Below the pieces are notes generated by a model. The model had not been told where the DNA came from. It did not search any database and saw only the letters and a list, made by a program, of their open reading frames with translations. Position numbers and translations under genes: made by a program. Of a stretch of DNA of 64,000 nt, positions 41,587 through 56,830 are shown in pieces. Every line of letters starts with the position of its first letter. Within the stretch, counting starts at the first letter, position 1. Origin of the DNA: the human T2T-CHM13v2.0 reference genome, Homo sapiens; the NCBI RefSeq assembly GCF_009914755.1, contig NC_060929.1. One strand, given 5' to 3'.

Positions 41587-44461
41587 GGTGGGAAGTTTCC
41601 ACTGCTTCCCACAAAAGAATCTGACTATGCAAAATGACGAATGAGAAGGCATATTTTACCTTGTAGTACCTTGGCTCTGAGATGGGGAAGAAAGAAGGAC
41701 AAAGGTTAAACCAGCAAATTCAGTGACTTGCTATCATCTCTAGATAGGAAAAGTTTGGTGAATAAGGAAGAGGTTGAAATTATTTCATAGTGTGTGATTT
41801 TGGAATTATTTATGGGTTATACTTATTCTTACTCTTCTGTATCTTGTTTGCATATTCCTCATCCCTAACTTAATCATGATTTAGCTCTTACATGGTGAAT
41901 AAACCAGTGGAAACTTAGAAAATTAATTGGCCCAGGATACCTTTTTCTTTAGGCTGCAGAGCTGGCAAAATGAAAGCATATCCCCAGGAAGTGGTCTGCC
42001 AGGAAGAAAAGCTGCACTGAAATGGGCATCTAAATTTTTCCTTCCTACTTGTTTGCTTTGGTCTTAAAGAATGTTTGAAATTCCTACTGCCGGAATTTGT
42101 TCATTGGCTCACAGTCACCTCTTCTAATATATGTTCGTCTTTTATTTTTAGAGCTTTGTTTTGATCTATATGTCTCTTAGTTCTCAGAGAAATGCATCCC
42201 ATGAAATGATTCAGTTCTGAGAAATCAAGCCAGGTAAAGATGAAATGTAAGGCTTTACCAACTCTATAATACTTTTCATCTGCTTTTAAAGATATACACC
42301 CTCCCACTAGGATTTCTTGGCATCATCTACATGTTTTCCTATTAGTTACGGACATTTTGAGCTTTCATGGTATCCTAGTTATCACCCCTCTTGTCTTACA
42401 GATGAGGAAATAGATGTCTAGAGTGGTAACTGGCTTATCAATAATTATGTAATTAATTTGTGACTAAGTAGGGACTCGAAACCAATTTTTCAGATTTCCA
42501 GTTCAGCTTTCGTTCTACTTCCACAAACTGCCAATTAATTGACCAAGCCAAGAGAATAAAAGCAATTCTCATTCATCCCAAACTAAAGAAAAATATGGAA
42601 AAGAAGAAATAGAGTTTTCAAAGTATTGAGTTTCATTGAGCAAAAGGGGAAGATTTGGAGCCATGTTGAGGAAAGAGGCAGAGAGGTAATGCTTTCTGGA
42701 AGGATCATTTTTAAGCTTACTGCCAGATTGCTTTATTCCCTGGGCATGTGCCTGCATGTTTATTTCATGGGTTAAATGATCCCTTTAAGGTGAATGAAAC
42801 ACTGTCTCATTTCCTTGCAAACCAAAATTTAAATAAAATAATTTTTTCCCTTGGGAGTTTGTCACATTAAATCCACTAGGTTTAAGCATGTGTGTTGAAA
42901 ACAGGCTAAGGGGAACTGGAACTTCATCTTATTTCTCTAATTGGTGTCTGTGCCTTCTTGCCTTTGGAGAAGTGAACGTTGTCTGGGCATCCTACTCATG
43001 TTTCAGCTCTAGAGTGAATGTCCAGGGTCTGCTTGATAACTCTTTTTCTTCCTGGACAACCACGCCCTAGGTCAAGATGGTCTGTTTTCACTATGGGCCA
43101 GCTGTTCCAGGATTATTTTTTCAGGGTTGGAAACCACAATTTTGGACTCTGAGCCTGAGAATAAAAGTGTAAAGGAAAAGGTCAAATAACATTTTGTGGG
43201 ATTATCTGCATTCTATTTGAAAACCAAGGAAGTCTATCTTCAGTGTTTTTTAGTACCCCTACTCTAAACATATTGCTCTAAACAACATATGATGAAAAGT
43301 CATAAATATTTAGTAAAAACACACATTCCTCTTCTTTCCTCTAGGCAACAAAAGCAAATATCGAAAAGGAGTAGAACAGTTGGAATTTATAATCTTCCTT
43401 CTGAACTAACAGGTACTTCTTCATAACCCTAAGGGGCTCGGGTTCTGGGCCTGGACTCCCAAATCCTTCTGCGTGTAAATAAAAAACAATGCTTAAAGCA
43501 AATATTTTAGTGAGGAAAACAACTTTGGAGCCATCCTTACCATAATGGGCTGCTGGAGTTGAGTAATTAGTAGCTATAGCATTTAGGGCAGGGTTTTAGG
43601 AAGTCAGTCTCTGTAGTTGAAAGCATTTGCCACGTCATAAGAATTTGTGTCATAAGAATATTCAATGAATTTTTGGAAACAAACAAAAGGAAAGTAATAA
43701 CCATCAAGCTCAATGATTGAAATTGGTTGTATTTTGTGAAGTTGTTCATTTTTTTCTCCTTGTATTTAGATTATATTTACAAAGCTTTGAGTCCTAAATT
43801 CCCATTATTTTTAATAAATATCAATAATAATGTAAGCAAACATTTAAAAGTTAATTAGTAATTGTATCTTCCCAATATGATATATATTTTTGCATAATAG
43901 TTTCTAATTCTTTTCATGCATATAGATTTTATAATATTTATAATAAAAATATTTTATATTATGCTTTTTTATGTAACATTCTGTCTTGACATTAAAATTA
44001 TCCATGTTTTTAGTCTTATTAACAATTGCTTCTTTAAATGACTGATTAATATTTCATAGTATCTATCCTAATTTGCTGACTGCTACTGGCAACTTAGCCT
44101 TCAACTTTATTAAAGTATATTTTAGAAATGTAAATGTATATCATAAATAACATTATATTGACATCTTAACATATATACCTTTTTATTTTATTATTCAGTT
44201 GAATTACTTTTTCATGAATAAATTCTCAGAAATGTTATAATGGTTAAGATTACGAACATCTTTAGGGTTCTTGCTATTTATTGACAAATACTTTTTAAAG
44301 TGTATATAGCATGACTGTATAACTTTCTCTGCAATTTTATGTATATTTGGTATTATCATTTATTTGCTTTAATTTGCATTTCTTTGATTATTAGGCAGAT
44401 ACACATTTTTCTTTGTGGATTTTATTGTTTTTGCTAGTTGTATTTATTTGCATGTGAATTC

Positions 44462-44846
44462 TGTGGTATCGTCTGGATATTTGATCCACCCAAACTTCAT
44501 GTTGAAATTGTGGGGCTGCTTAGGTCATGGGGCCAGATCCCTCATGGATAGATTAATGCCCTTCCTGATGAGGGGAGGGAGTTTGTAAGTTCTCCCTCTA
44601 TTAGTTCCTGAAATAACTGGTTGTTAAAGGGTCTGACACCTTCCTTCTCCCTTTCCTGCTTCCTTTCTTGCCATGTGATACTGCACACACTGGCTCCCCT
44701 TCTCCTTCTACCATGAGTGGAAGCAGCTTGATGCCCTCACCACAAGCAGATGCTGGTGCCATGCTTCCTGTACAGCCTGCAGAACCATAAGCCAAATAAA
44801 CCCCTTTTCTTTATAAATTATCCAGCCTCAACATAAGATGAACTAA
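44462..44846 (+). mobile_element. MST-family MaLR LTR
   Basis: ttcatgttgaaatt; gcagatgctggtgccatgcttcctgtacagcctgcagaacc; gccaaataaacc. Confidence 0.85.
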
Positions 44847-45044
44847 CTTGTTTAATCTGTTTTACTATTTCTGTAAGGAACAGTACACTTTGACTACTGG
44901 ATAGCTGGATTACCTATGCTATAGTAATCTTCAGACCAGGAACATTAGAACATTTTTTTCTTAGGTGAGATTTATCTGAAACCATCTCACTACATTTTAC
45001 ATTTAGCAGATGTAACTATTAAATTGGTATAATAAAGAAATTAT

Positions 45045-45257
45045 CCTGCTTCTTGCTGTGCCCTCACATGGCAGAGGGAGAGAGAGCACAAGCTCTCTTG
45101 TCTCTTATGATAAAGGTACTAATTCCATCGTGACAGCCCGACCCTCATGTCCTTATCTAAACCTAATTACCTTCCAGAGGCCCCATCTCTAGACACCATG
45201 ACATTGGGGTTTCAACATATGAATTTTGGGAGAGACACAAACATTTAGTTCTTAACA
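45045..45257 (-). mobile_element. Partial MST/MLT1A-like LTR
   Basis: ctcacatggcagagggagagag; tcaacatatgaattttgggagagacacaaacatt. Confidence 0.7.
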
Positions 45258-45356
45258 CTCCCCTTCTCCCTCAGGCCACTTCAGTCTACCCAAGTACACA
45301 GCCTCCTAATTAAGGGGTACTTGGTGATTCTTAAAGACAGGGGTAAATTTTCATGA

Positions 45357-45569
<213 letters not shown>

Positions 45570-45754
45570 TGATCAAGCTTTTAAAAATTGAATTAATAGG
45601 TATAGAACACAATGAAACAAACCAAGAAAGAACAAGTGGAAAGAAAGTAGTTAGAGCACTTAATGTCAAGTTAAATCAATCACTAAGCATAATTTGTCTT
45701 GTGGGTATTGATGATGGCATGTGGTATGTGTTGAGATTTAAGAATGTATTTCAC

Positions 45755-46074
45755 AGTGACATGGATGGAGCTGGAAACCATTATCCTTAACAAACTAACA
45801 CAGGAACAGAAAACCAAGTATCGCATGTTCTCACTTATAAGTGGGAGCTGAATGATGAGAACATAGGGACACATAGAGGGAAACAACACATACTGGGGCC
45901 TTTTGGAGGGTGCTGGGTGGGAGGCAGGAGAGGATCAGGAAGTATAATTAATGGGTTCTAGACTTAATACCTGGGTGATGAAATAATCTGTACAACAAAA
46001 CCCCATGATACAAGTTTACCTATGTAACAAACCTGTATATGTACCCATGCACTTAAAATAAAGTTAAAAAAAAA
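45755..46074 (+). mobile_element. L1PA (older subfamily) 3' end
   Basis: catggatggagctggaaaccattatcctt...atgttctcacttataagtgggagctg...cttaaaataaagttaaaaa. Confidence 0.92.
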
Positions 46075-47009
46075 CCTATTTAAATGATAGGAAGGCTGTT
46101 CTTTACATCTTACAACTCACACATTAACCAAAGAGGAAGGTCCCATTACTGCAGGGATCTTAGCAGTACTGGGACCTACCTCTTTGGTACTTTCCCCTGG
46201 GCCCCCTTCATTTCACTCCCTACCCACACTCTTTGTCCTGAGCTCCCACTTACCAAATGGCATCAGGCTTGTTACTCATTTGGCTATTTTCTCTTGTGAG
46301 TCAGGAATGATTCAATATCCTGGCAAGGGTTAGGAAGGCTAGTCTTTTTAAAGAGCTCTCTTATAGGTAAATACAAACATGATAACTTGGGTGTTTGAAA
46401 CCACTTTTAAGTATGTTTTTTACTAATTCTTAAGGTTGAAGAGATATCTTGGGATAAAAAATTGCATTAGTTGACAATTTAAAAAATGTAGTTTGTAAAG
46501 TCTGAATAACTCTTATTTGTATATGGTAAAAAGTGTAAATTACAAAAAAGATATACAATGAAAAATGAATTTCCTTCTCATTTCACATCCCTAGTTCTCT
46601 CTGTCTCCCCTTCAGAGGCAACCACTACTAATTACTTGCTAGCACCCTTCCACAAACATTCTCTACGTAATCAAACTTCAATATTGTTTATATAGCAACC
46701 TTTAAGAATCAATTAGGAACATACTATATACATCTTGGTTATTATTATTTTTAACTTAACCATGTTTTGTTTCTTAGAAATTTTTCTATATCAGCACAAA
46801 TAGCTTTATCCTATTCTTTTAAATGGCCCTATGATGAGGATATGCCTTAATTTATTAAAGTAGTCCTCTAATAATAGGTATTTAGGTTATTTCTAGTCTT
46901 TTAAAAAGCAAACCCCACTGCCTGAAAAGCCTTATATATACATATTCGTGCATTTGTGTGGTTTTGTAAGTATATTTGTAGTATATCTATAGGTTGAATA
47001 ACAGCATGA

Positions 47010-47200
47010 AGAGAAATATGATCTTGTAGTGGTTAAAAGCATAATTATTATGGGTTTGACTGCCTGCTACTGGCCTACGACTTATTAGCCATATAACCTA
47101 GGACAAGTTACTCAACTTTCTGTACCTCAGTTTTCTTATCTGCAAAATGGGTATAAATAATAGTATATACCTTGAAGAGGTGTTATGGGCATTAAAGGAC
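47010..47200 (+). mobile_element. MIR SINE
   Basis: caagttactcaactttctgtacctcagttttcttatctgcaaaatggg. Confidence 0.8.
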
Positions 47201-48830
47201 CTAACAGAAGTACATCATGCTGATATCCACATATAATACATTCTACATAAATTATCTCACTAGGATACTTTCCTGGAAAACAGGACTTTCTCTTTTAAAA
47301 ATATTAATGCTATCATTGGATGATAACTGTTTTTCTTCTTGAAACTTGACAAAATCTCACTACTAAGCTTATTACAAATACTGATATAATTCATGCTCAT
47401 TTTGGCTTGAAGGAGATAGTTTGGCAGGGCAAATTGAGAGTAAAGTTCCTGACCATAGGTATAAGTGAAAGTCTGAATTTAGTCTTAATTTGTTTTTGAA
47501 CATTAGATTAAAGTTCATCATTTTGGACCTCAGTGTCCTTATCTGTTACATGCAGGGATTAGATTAGATGATCCCTAAAGTATCTTCCAGTTCCAACAAT
47601 TATGTCTGTGCTTATTCCATTCTCAAAATGAGACCTGATTTATGTGGCTTAGACAATTGTGGGAGATAAGTTTAAATCCTGACTCATCTAACTGTGACTT
47701 TGCACATGTTGTTCCCTGTGTGTGGAATGACCTTCCCCCTTGTCTGAGTGTTGAGCTGAGCTCTGATTCACCCTAGGAGACTCAACTCTGGCTGGGCCCT
47801 CTCTTTAAAGCCTTCCCCAAGTGCCCCAGCTGAGCTAGGCACAATTTCCCTTTGAGCTCTCTTAGCCCCTGTGTTATGTGGTAGGATAAGAGTGTGAAGC
47901 CTTAACTGATAACTTTTATATGTTATCAGCTTTGGTATTGTATTTTCGATGCACAAAGAAGAGATGGCACTTTCTTTTCTTGGATTGTAAGTTTCAAAAG
48001 TCTGGGTCCTATAAGGAATCAAAAGGCCTATGTGCCTAGATAAAATGATGACTGGGATAAATCACCCCCAAGCTTCCATGCTCCAGAGGACAGAAAGTTC
48101 TTCAGACAGAAGTAAGCAAAGGTTGAGTTGACACTGTGGATTCCTGACAAAGGAGTGAGACTCTCTGCCTTGTCCTTTCCCCTAGCTCAGCACAGGGAGA
48201 AGGAGAGTGACAGAGTTTGCCAAGAGGTATGTGAAATCTGAACACAGAGGGAATCCAGGTTCTCTTTCCTGTGTAGGGCCCAGGGAGGTAAGAGCCCAGA
48301 GTAGAAATGGCTGCACAGGGCATCCAGGTGGAGAGACCTGAGGGAACTTGTGAAGTCCCATAGAGCTCAGCATGGCATTGGATCAGAGAACGATATTCTT
48401 GTGGTCAGGAGGAGCACGGAAGTGGGAAAGGGAAGAGGATAATCTTGCTGAGTTTCCTGAGGCCCAGTGTGGTGTGAGAGAACAGAATGATCCCATGTAC
48501 CTTAAAGGGGCAAGGGAGTTTGTTAATAGAGAGCTGGGCCATTCTGTTCAGGGAACATGAACAGAATCAGCAGTAACTTGCCTAGACTGACTACTGAAGA
48601 CCAGATGGAGGACAACTCAGCAAATAAACAGATGCTCACCCACTCCCAGCCTGCTTCAGAGAGATAGAGGGATCCCAGATCAGCAGATGAAGTCTTTACA
48701 GCCTGGAGAAATGGAACTCTTTCTACAGCCTGGAGAAATGGACCTCCATTGTTAAAGTTAAGATACTTTATTAGAATTCTTAAAAATTTAAGTAAAGATG
48801 TCTAGCCCTTCTAAAACTTCTCCATTGTAA

Positions 48831-49187
<357 letters not shown>

Positions 49188-50824
49188 CTTATTTTCTTTT
49201 TTATTTGTTCCTTTACCTTGCAAGTGCTGACACAGAGGAGGCCTACAGTAAGCTTTTTAAATGAGTAAATGGACATTTATTGGTTGGCTATTGTGTGCCA
49301 CAACCTATCCTTGGTGCTTTCACAGCCCTATGGACTAGGCATAATTATCTCCATTTTGCAGCTGAGAAAAAGCAGGGCACGAGGAACTCACATAACCCAT
49401 TCATGAGCAGCAGAAGGCAGATCTCTCATTCATTCACACTCTAGGTCCTCTGACACCAGACTGCCTTGCCAGGTGAAAATGAAGATTTTTCTCTTACTGT
49501 CTAAACTATGGAATAAGAAGGAAAATTCATTTCTACTTATTTTAGTAACTTTATATGTGTATCTTGCTTTACTGCTTCCAAAATGAAAAGCAAAGTGTTC
49601 TCTGCTCATTTTACTTTTATTATTAGTTATACATTTTTTTTAAAGTACCTAGCACAGTATGATCATGATCCCACAAGTATAATAAAGGTATGGACAAATC
49701 TTCTTTATAATGCTGCCTGGATTATTTATAAAAGAAATATATTCTCCATAGGAGGGAGGAAGAGCTTTTTTAAAAAGAAATACATGCTCTCTGTAGAAAA
49801 AAATTAAAATCAGAAAAAGGCAAGAAAGAAATTAGAATTTCACTCCCTACAGATACCCACTATTAGCTTTCAGTTATCATTTGCCCTAATTTTAGAAACA
49901 CTAAAATTCACCCTGATTTTAGAAACATTAAGTTAGAAATATTTAGAAACAATTGGTATCAATACTTTGTCTATGTGCCATTATTTCACTCAGTGTTCTC
50001 CATAGCATAGGGTATTTGGCTTTCATGAAACCAAGAGCCATCGGTTTAGATTGTAGCACTTAGTGGGAGAAGAAATTTTTGGAGTTAGGTCTAAACAGGT
50101 AAATTGAGATACTCAATATGCAAATTATTGCTTTATATGCTCTTCCAGAAAACTTGTAAAGATTCAAGGGAAGTAAAAATGTTCATATAATGCAGCAAGA
50201 CTGTTATGACTACAGTAAACTTTAGTTGCCATTTGAAATACCAAAAAGAGAATAAAAATACTCTGAAGCACGGTTTATGATGGTTTAACAATCCTAGAGA
50301 GAGGAGGGACATTGTGTTCTGGAGGGATCTGACCACCTGGCCTCAGTGTATCATCCATACCCATAGTCAGGGTTTTATCACTTCAACTGTTGTCTTGAAC
50401 CAAAGAGAGAGAAGTTAGCAAGTCAGCCATGAGGCAGCAACATCCTCCCTCCCTTTCCCAGAAGTGGTGACACACTGGGCTAAAACAAGTAGTAAAAGTT
50501 TACTGCTAGATTTACATTTCAGGCTTTCTAGAAAATTAACATGTCTATTTTAGGCCAATTAAAGAAGAAAGGCACCTACCACCAGGGCATTAGAATTTTC
50601 TCAATGTGAATGGAAACTACTGTAGAATTGTTTTGGCTTGTTTCCATGGTGTTTAAGAAAGTAGGAGGTCTGGAGGGCACCATAAATTGACTTGATGTTT
50701 TTAGATTTTTGACATGTGGGGACTAATCTCATTTCCCTGTCAGTGTACCCTGTCAGCTGCTGCAGATGAAAATACGATTAGCCCTTCCCTTTAATTGCCC
50801 ACGCAATAAACCCATCATCTCAAA

Positions 50825-51050
50825 ACCATGGTGTGGTGGTTCGGGGCACAGACTTGGAGCCAGACTACTTGCATTACTACTTGCATTTGAATCCTGATTC
50901 TGCTGTTAACGAGACTTTTGGCAAGCTACTAAAGATGTTGCCTTATGTTTCTATTGCAGGGGTTTTTTAAAATAAGGATTAAATGCGTTAAAATGTGTAA
51001 AGCATTTAGAACAATGCCTGGTGCATAGTAAGAACTATACGAGTGTTAAA
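50825..51050 (+). mobile_element. MIR SINE
   Basis: ttggagccagac; tgtaaagcatttagaacaatgcctggtgcatagtaag. Confidence 0.8.
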
Positions 51051-52927
51051 TAAAACATTATAATTAGGCTTCCTATGATTGCTGGTGAACCAGAGGTAAA
51101 ACAACTGGCCAGGAGTGAGCTAATGACATATGGCTGACTTGGAAATCTTATAATAATAATAATAAAAAAGTTCCAATATTGTTATGGCACAGTGGGTGGG
51201 TGGTTACAAGAGAAAAAGGAAGGTTAGGGCTGAACACTGCAGGGATCTTGAAACCTGTGGGTTGCTTTAGTAGGCAAGGTATGTTGGGGCTGGCCAGAGG
51301 GATGAATGTGGTAAACTGGGTAATTTTAGGAAAAGGAAGAATATTCAAAGAGGGATTGGGATTCTTCAGATTGCTTACCTAGATTGTGGAGTGGGTTAGT
51401 AGAGATAAAAGGAGCCTGGGGAATAGATTGGAGATATCCAGAGTTACTCCTTCTTGTTAGGCTTTTGGATAAATCAGATCGTATTTTAATCTTCAATTCA
51501 CTGATTCTATCAGTTACCATTTGTTGGTCGCAGGCACCAGAATCCACTTCTGGCTAATTGGATCAGAGAAATAATTTACTGGAAGTGGGGAAACTTAACC
51601 AAAAGAAAGGCAAGGAAAGAGACTTAGACTGGGAAGTAAAGGCCACTGGGAGGCTGGGAAGCAGGGACTGCTGAATGGTCACTTCAGGGCCAGTTAGCCC
51701 TGTCCCTCTGCTCAATGTTCATATTCCAGGGAGAGGAATCTGAATGACCTAGCTTGGGTCAGATCTCCAGCCCTTGGCTAGAGGAGGGCAGGGTAAACCT
51801 GAATGTACCTGAAGTGGGTGGTCCTCCAAAGCAAAATCAGAGTGCTATTCCCAGAAGAAGGAAGAAAGGAAGCAGAGAGGACAAAAACAACAAATGCCCA
51901 TGCTCACTACTGTATATGGCTTCAAGCAACCAGTGAGGAAGACAAAGGTATAAAGCGATAGGAAGGCCCTGAATTCTTTGACTTTTAATCTTTCTACCCC
52001 ATTCCAGCTATCTTCTTCTCTAACCTTGAAGCTAGACACCTGAGCCTGTACTTAATCAGGAAGTATCCTACAGCTCTGATGAAGTCATCTCCTGATTCTA
52101 ACACAGTCTGATTGAAAGAAAACAACTTAAAACACCATAGATTTTTATCAAAATGATATTTATCTTTCATTAGGTACTTATTGAATGTCTACTGTCTATC
52201 AATTAAAAAAAAATAAAACTTATTCTCTTCCTGTCAGAAATTCTACCAGCCAGGGAAGCAAGACTGACACATAAGCAAATAAATTACATGATTACAACAC
52301 AGTGTGAATAATACTATAATAGAGGAACGAAAATGAACTGCCTGAGGACTCAGTGGAGGTGGCATTTGAACTAGTTCTTGAGAAACAAATGAGCACTTAT
52401 AATTTTAAATTGAGACATTTATTATAAAAGCAAATTTGTGACCCCAAATTATAAACATTATTTGCACTGCTGTCAGCAGCAATGATTTCATCCACTGGCA
52501 GCATACATATTGTTCAGTCTTAGAGGGCTAAGAACTGAGGTTGTAAATAATACCTTGAAAGTCAAAAAGTGAGGAACAAATAAACTGTCACATTCCTAAA
52601 TTACAACAATTTTTAAACAATGCCCTGTTTGCAATACTCATAGTTTCATGAGCTTAACTAGACGTGAAATGTGCTAGGTCCCTCCAGGACTTCTCAAGCC
52701 CATCAGCAGCTGTCACTCATGGGCTTGGGCAGCTTGAAGGTCAGAGATGCTGCTGGATAGGGCAGGGGTCTTGGATCAGCTACCGACTTTTTAGTGTAGT
52801 GGCTACTTACATAATTAACATCCATATCTTGTCCAGAACTCATTTACAGTATGTCTTTGTGTTGGCAATGTCTCTGGATTTCAAACTTTTCTAGAAATCA
52901 TAAAATGAGAGTAAGGAATATAGTGGT

Positions 52928-53252
52928 ATCATCATCCCTCTGTATCCGCAAGGGATTGCTTTCCAGGACCTCCCCTGAAAGATTCCAAAATCCATGAATG
53001 CTCAAGTCTCTAATACAAAACAGCATAGTATTTATATATGACCTATGTACATTTTTGCTGTATATTTTAAATAATCAGTAAATTGCTTATAATATCTAAT
53101 ACAATGTAAATACTATTTATATTTGTCATACTGTGTTTTTTAACTTATATTTTAAAAATGGTTGTATTATTGGTTTTTATTTTATTTTTTAATCTTTTAG
53201 ATCTGTAGTTGGATGAATCCCAGGATCAGAACCTGCAAATGGAGGGCCCATT
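52928..53252. mobile_element. MER2 (TcMar-Tigger) element
   Basis: ccctctgtatccgcaagggattg..ccaggacc..ccaaaatccatgaatgctcaagtc...gaacctgcaaatggagggcc. Confidence 0.85.
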
Positions 53253-56239
53253 TTAATAAATAACTCAAAATTAGTTTGAATAAGAAGTAGCTCATCACAA
53301 AGTAGGATGGTGAAGCCTCAACAATTAGCAGATTATTCTCAATTTGTAACAACATTGTCAGAATTTCTTATAATAAGAGTATGTTTTCCTGTGGCAAATG
53401 GATATTTCTAAAGCGTTGGGAAATATTTTTTCTCTTGGTATAAATCTTTACCAGGGTGCATTGCATGTATCTCTATAAACTACCTCAGATCACTTTTTAG
53501 ACCAAAGTAGGAAAGCAAAGAGGAAATGAATGCATTTTTAAAAGCTCTAAAAATCTATTTAAATAATTGCATTATGAAGTTTGAGTTAATAAAAACTGTC
53601 CAAAGCCCTAAAAAATGGTTCCTTTGACACCATTCTTTTGGTCCAGAGAGGCTGAGGGTTAGATGTCCTGAGCTTTTTCTCAGCTCTGTTTCTATCTGTC
53701 TGTGTAAACCTGGGTAGAATATCAGGATAACCCCGGTGAATTAGTTAGTTGACTTTTGAGATCACTTCTACATGAGATGGTTAGCCCTACCCTTCTAATC
53801 TGCCTTCAAATTAGTTATCAATTTATTTCAAGCAGTATCAAGTTACTACTACTTAAAATAAATTAATGAAATATATATCTGTGAGATATTAGTGCAGGCA
53901 TATTTGGTTGAGGTCTACTTTTTATTTTAGTAAACATTCCTACTACCTGTTTTGGTTAAAACTTCTCTGAAACAAAATATAGTTTAAAGGGCATGCAGAC
54001 AAAAGAAGCAACTCTAAAAGTTGTTGGTAGACAGGGATAGATCCTAGGTTACCCAGAGATTTCCCACCTGTAGGAACTTAGAACAACTTGCTCAATAGTT
54101 ACATGATTTGCTTTCATATAACTCTGATATTAGACAGTATTCCGTAAGTGTTGGTGGGGAGAAATCCTCTAGCATAACATTTTGATAGATTCAGTTTATG
54201 CATTGGGTTATTTCATCAGAGGTTTCATTTACATTTTTTCCTGTAGTATATAATGGAGTCTATAACATAAGAGAACTAAGAGTGTGTGTGCATTTATTTT
54301 TTACACATTCCACCTAAAACTTGAAAAACCAATCTTCTTAAAATTCAAACTTCAGTTTAATTTTTTTCCATTTTTTTAAGATTCTAATCTTTTTCAACTT
54401 TCTACTTTTCATAGATTGTTGTTCATTCTTGCTTATGAAACTTTTCCCTATACCAGAAGTGCATAATAGAGGAAAGGCAGTGTCAGTGGAATGGAGGGAG
54501 ACAGACAAATCACAGAAATCCAAATTGAGCTGAATGACCCCTGGAATACAATATGAAGATGAGTGTTCCAAATTATTTTTTTCTCTGGATGACAGAGTAA
54601 TAAGAAATCAATCAATCACTCAATCAAACTCAATCAATGAAGATGAAGCAAAGCTCATCTGAGTGGTGATGGATGGTACTTGAGAGTGAATTAGTGACTG
54701 ATTTGGCGGGATTTCAGAGGAGTAGAGCTAACGATGGCAAATCAGGTTAACTTTTATATATAGCTAACAGGATGTAGGCTGGGCAACAGCAACCTCTACC
54801 CAGCAACCTCCAACTGTGAGGCTGACCCAGATGCTGCTTCAGATCAGATGGAGTGAAACAAGTTCATCTGAAATCATTCTTTCAGCCCTGTAATTTTTAT
54901 AATAACATGTATCAAGCCAGGAAACCTACACTTAAGCATCAGAATGCATCTGCATAGAGGCAAACAACTCCCAACAATGCCTCCATGACAATATGCTGTT
55001 GGTTGCTAATTGGGAAAAACACAGGTAATAATTACAAGGCATTCTGCTGCTTGCTGGAAGACACCTAAGGGGTTAAAATACTCAGCTCTATACAGCAACC
55101 TCCTGGTTTAAAAATCTTTGACAGGTGGTGTTAGTAATGCGTACTTACTTGTTGTTTTAGTTGTGTAATATTTGTGCACACACTCAAAAAATAAAGCCAG
55201 GCTACAAGCAATCCATTAATATGACTGCAACTGGGACCTCATCACTCCCTCCGGAGACAAATTACCCCTCATGTCAGTTAACCCTCGATGCCCATCTAAG
55301 CCACTGCTCTTTCTCTATGTCCTCTCCAGGCCATGGCTGCCAGTGTATTCTTTTTCCCAGATCTTGACAATCAACAGCTCAGCAAGGGGAACATTTTATA
55401 TTTGCATCCTGAAAGGATGGCAGACCCAGGCTTTTAGCAGACCCAAGTAAGGAGAGCTAAGACAATGAGAGAATGTGTGGCGGCAGAATTCTCTCAGCCT
55501 GTGAAGCCCAGGATTCCTGCCTGGATCCTACAAGTTGGATTGGACTGCTCCACTGGATGAAGATATTAGTGTTGCAAATCCATCAGGGATTTATTCACTC
55601 TAGAAAGTTTTTATATAGTGGAAAATATAATGGAGGATGTTTCATTTTTCTAGAATATCCATTTTCCTTTTGTTTCAGTATATCAGGAAGCACTGCCCGA
55701 TACTTGTCAGTCTCTCTTTAGTGTTAGGTTTCTGATGTATTGTCCCTCCCCATGATCCTTTTCCCCGAGAAACAGGGACAGATACTGGATTTTGAATGCT
55801 CCTGCTTGGGGCAGGCATCCCTTCCTGGATCACAGCCTGGCCTGGCCTTGTTGTGCAGCAGGCTGGTGGGGTTGCTGGGATACCCAGGGGTGACTCTGAC
55901 AGTGCTCTGGTGGATTGAGGTGATTAGTTACAGCCAACTGCTTGTTTTCAGGGATTTATTCCATTTTCCTACTTTGTCAGCATCATCTAATTGGGGATCA
56001 GATGCTTTCAGTCAGCATCCTTTGCAGTGCAAGGAGCTCCAAAAATCTTTTTTTTTTTTTTTTTTTTTTAACTCTGGGAATATGCCCAGGCCTGAATAAA
56101 TAAATTTCCCCTCTTCGCACTGAAGGAAGTATATGACTTTTAAAGGAGTAGGTGAACACATAGGTGTTTTTCTTTTAAACACAGAATGCAACACTGTTTT
56201 GTAACAGTGGAGGAAGTAGGAATGAATATATTTCGAGGA

Positions 56240-56830
56240 TTATAAACCAGTGCATAGCCTTCTGGAGGCAATTTTGTTATGTTTATCAATATTTAAAATG
56301 CACATACTCTTGAGGGAGGAATTTTACTTCTGAGAATGTATCCCAAAAGTATACTAGCATATGTGATCAAGGAAGAATGTACAAGGATATTTATATAGTA
56401 TTGTTTACAAAGAAAAGGATGGAAAACAATTTAACAAAAGGTCCACTTAATAGAGGATGAGTTAAATAAGTTACCATACATCCATACAATAGATTATTTT
56501 AATAATTGTTAAAAGGATAAGGTGGGTCTAAATGTTCCAATATGGAAAATTTCTATGATGTACTAGTTAACAAAGAAGGGGAAGACCAATACTGCCATTT
56601 GTGTTTAAAAAGGGCTGTATGTATACATGTGCGTGTTTTTGTTTGTGTATGTGTAGCCTTTCTTGACATACTATTACCAACAGTTGCCTCTGATGAAGGG
56701 AATTGGGAAATCAAGAGAGAAGGATTGAAGGAGTCTTACTTTTCACTGTATGCTTTTTTATAAAGCTTAAAATGTTTCTCTTGTGCATATAATTATTCTT
56801 CAAGTAAATAGGTAACTAAATAAATGATAA
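56240..56830 (+). mobile_element. Old L1ME-like 3' fragments
   Basis: ctggaggcaattttg; ttaaaatgcacatac; acagttgcctctg; ttttcactgtatgctttt. Confidence 0.55.
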
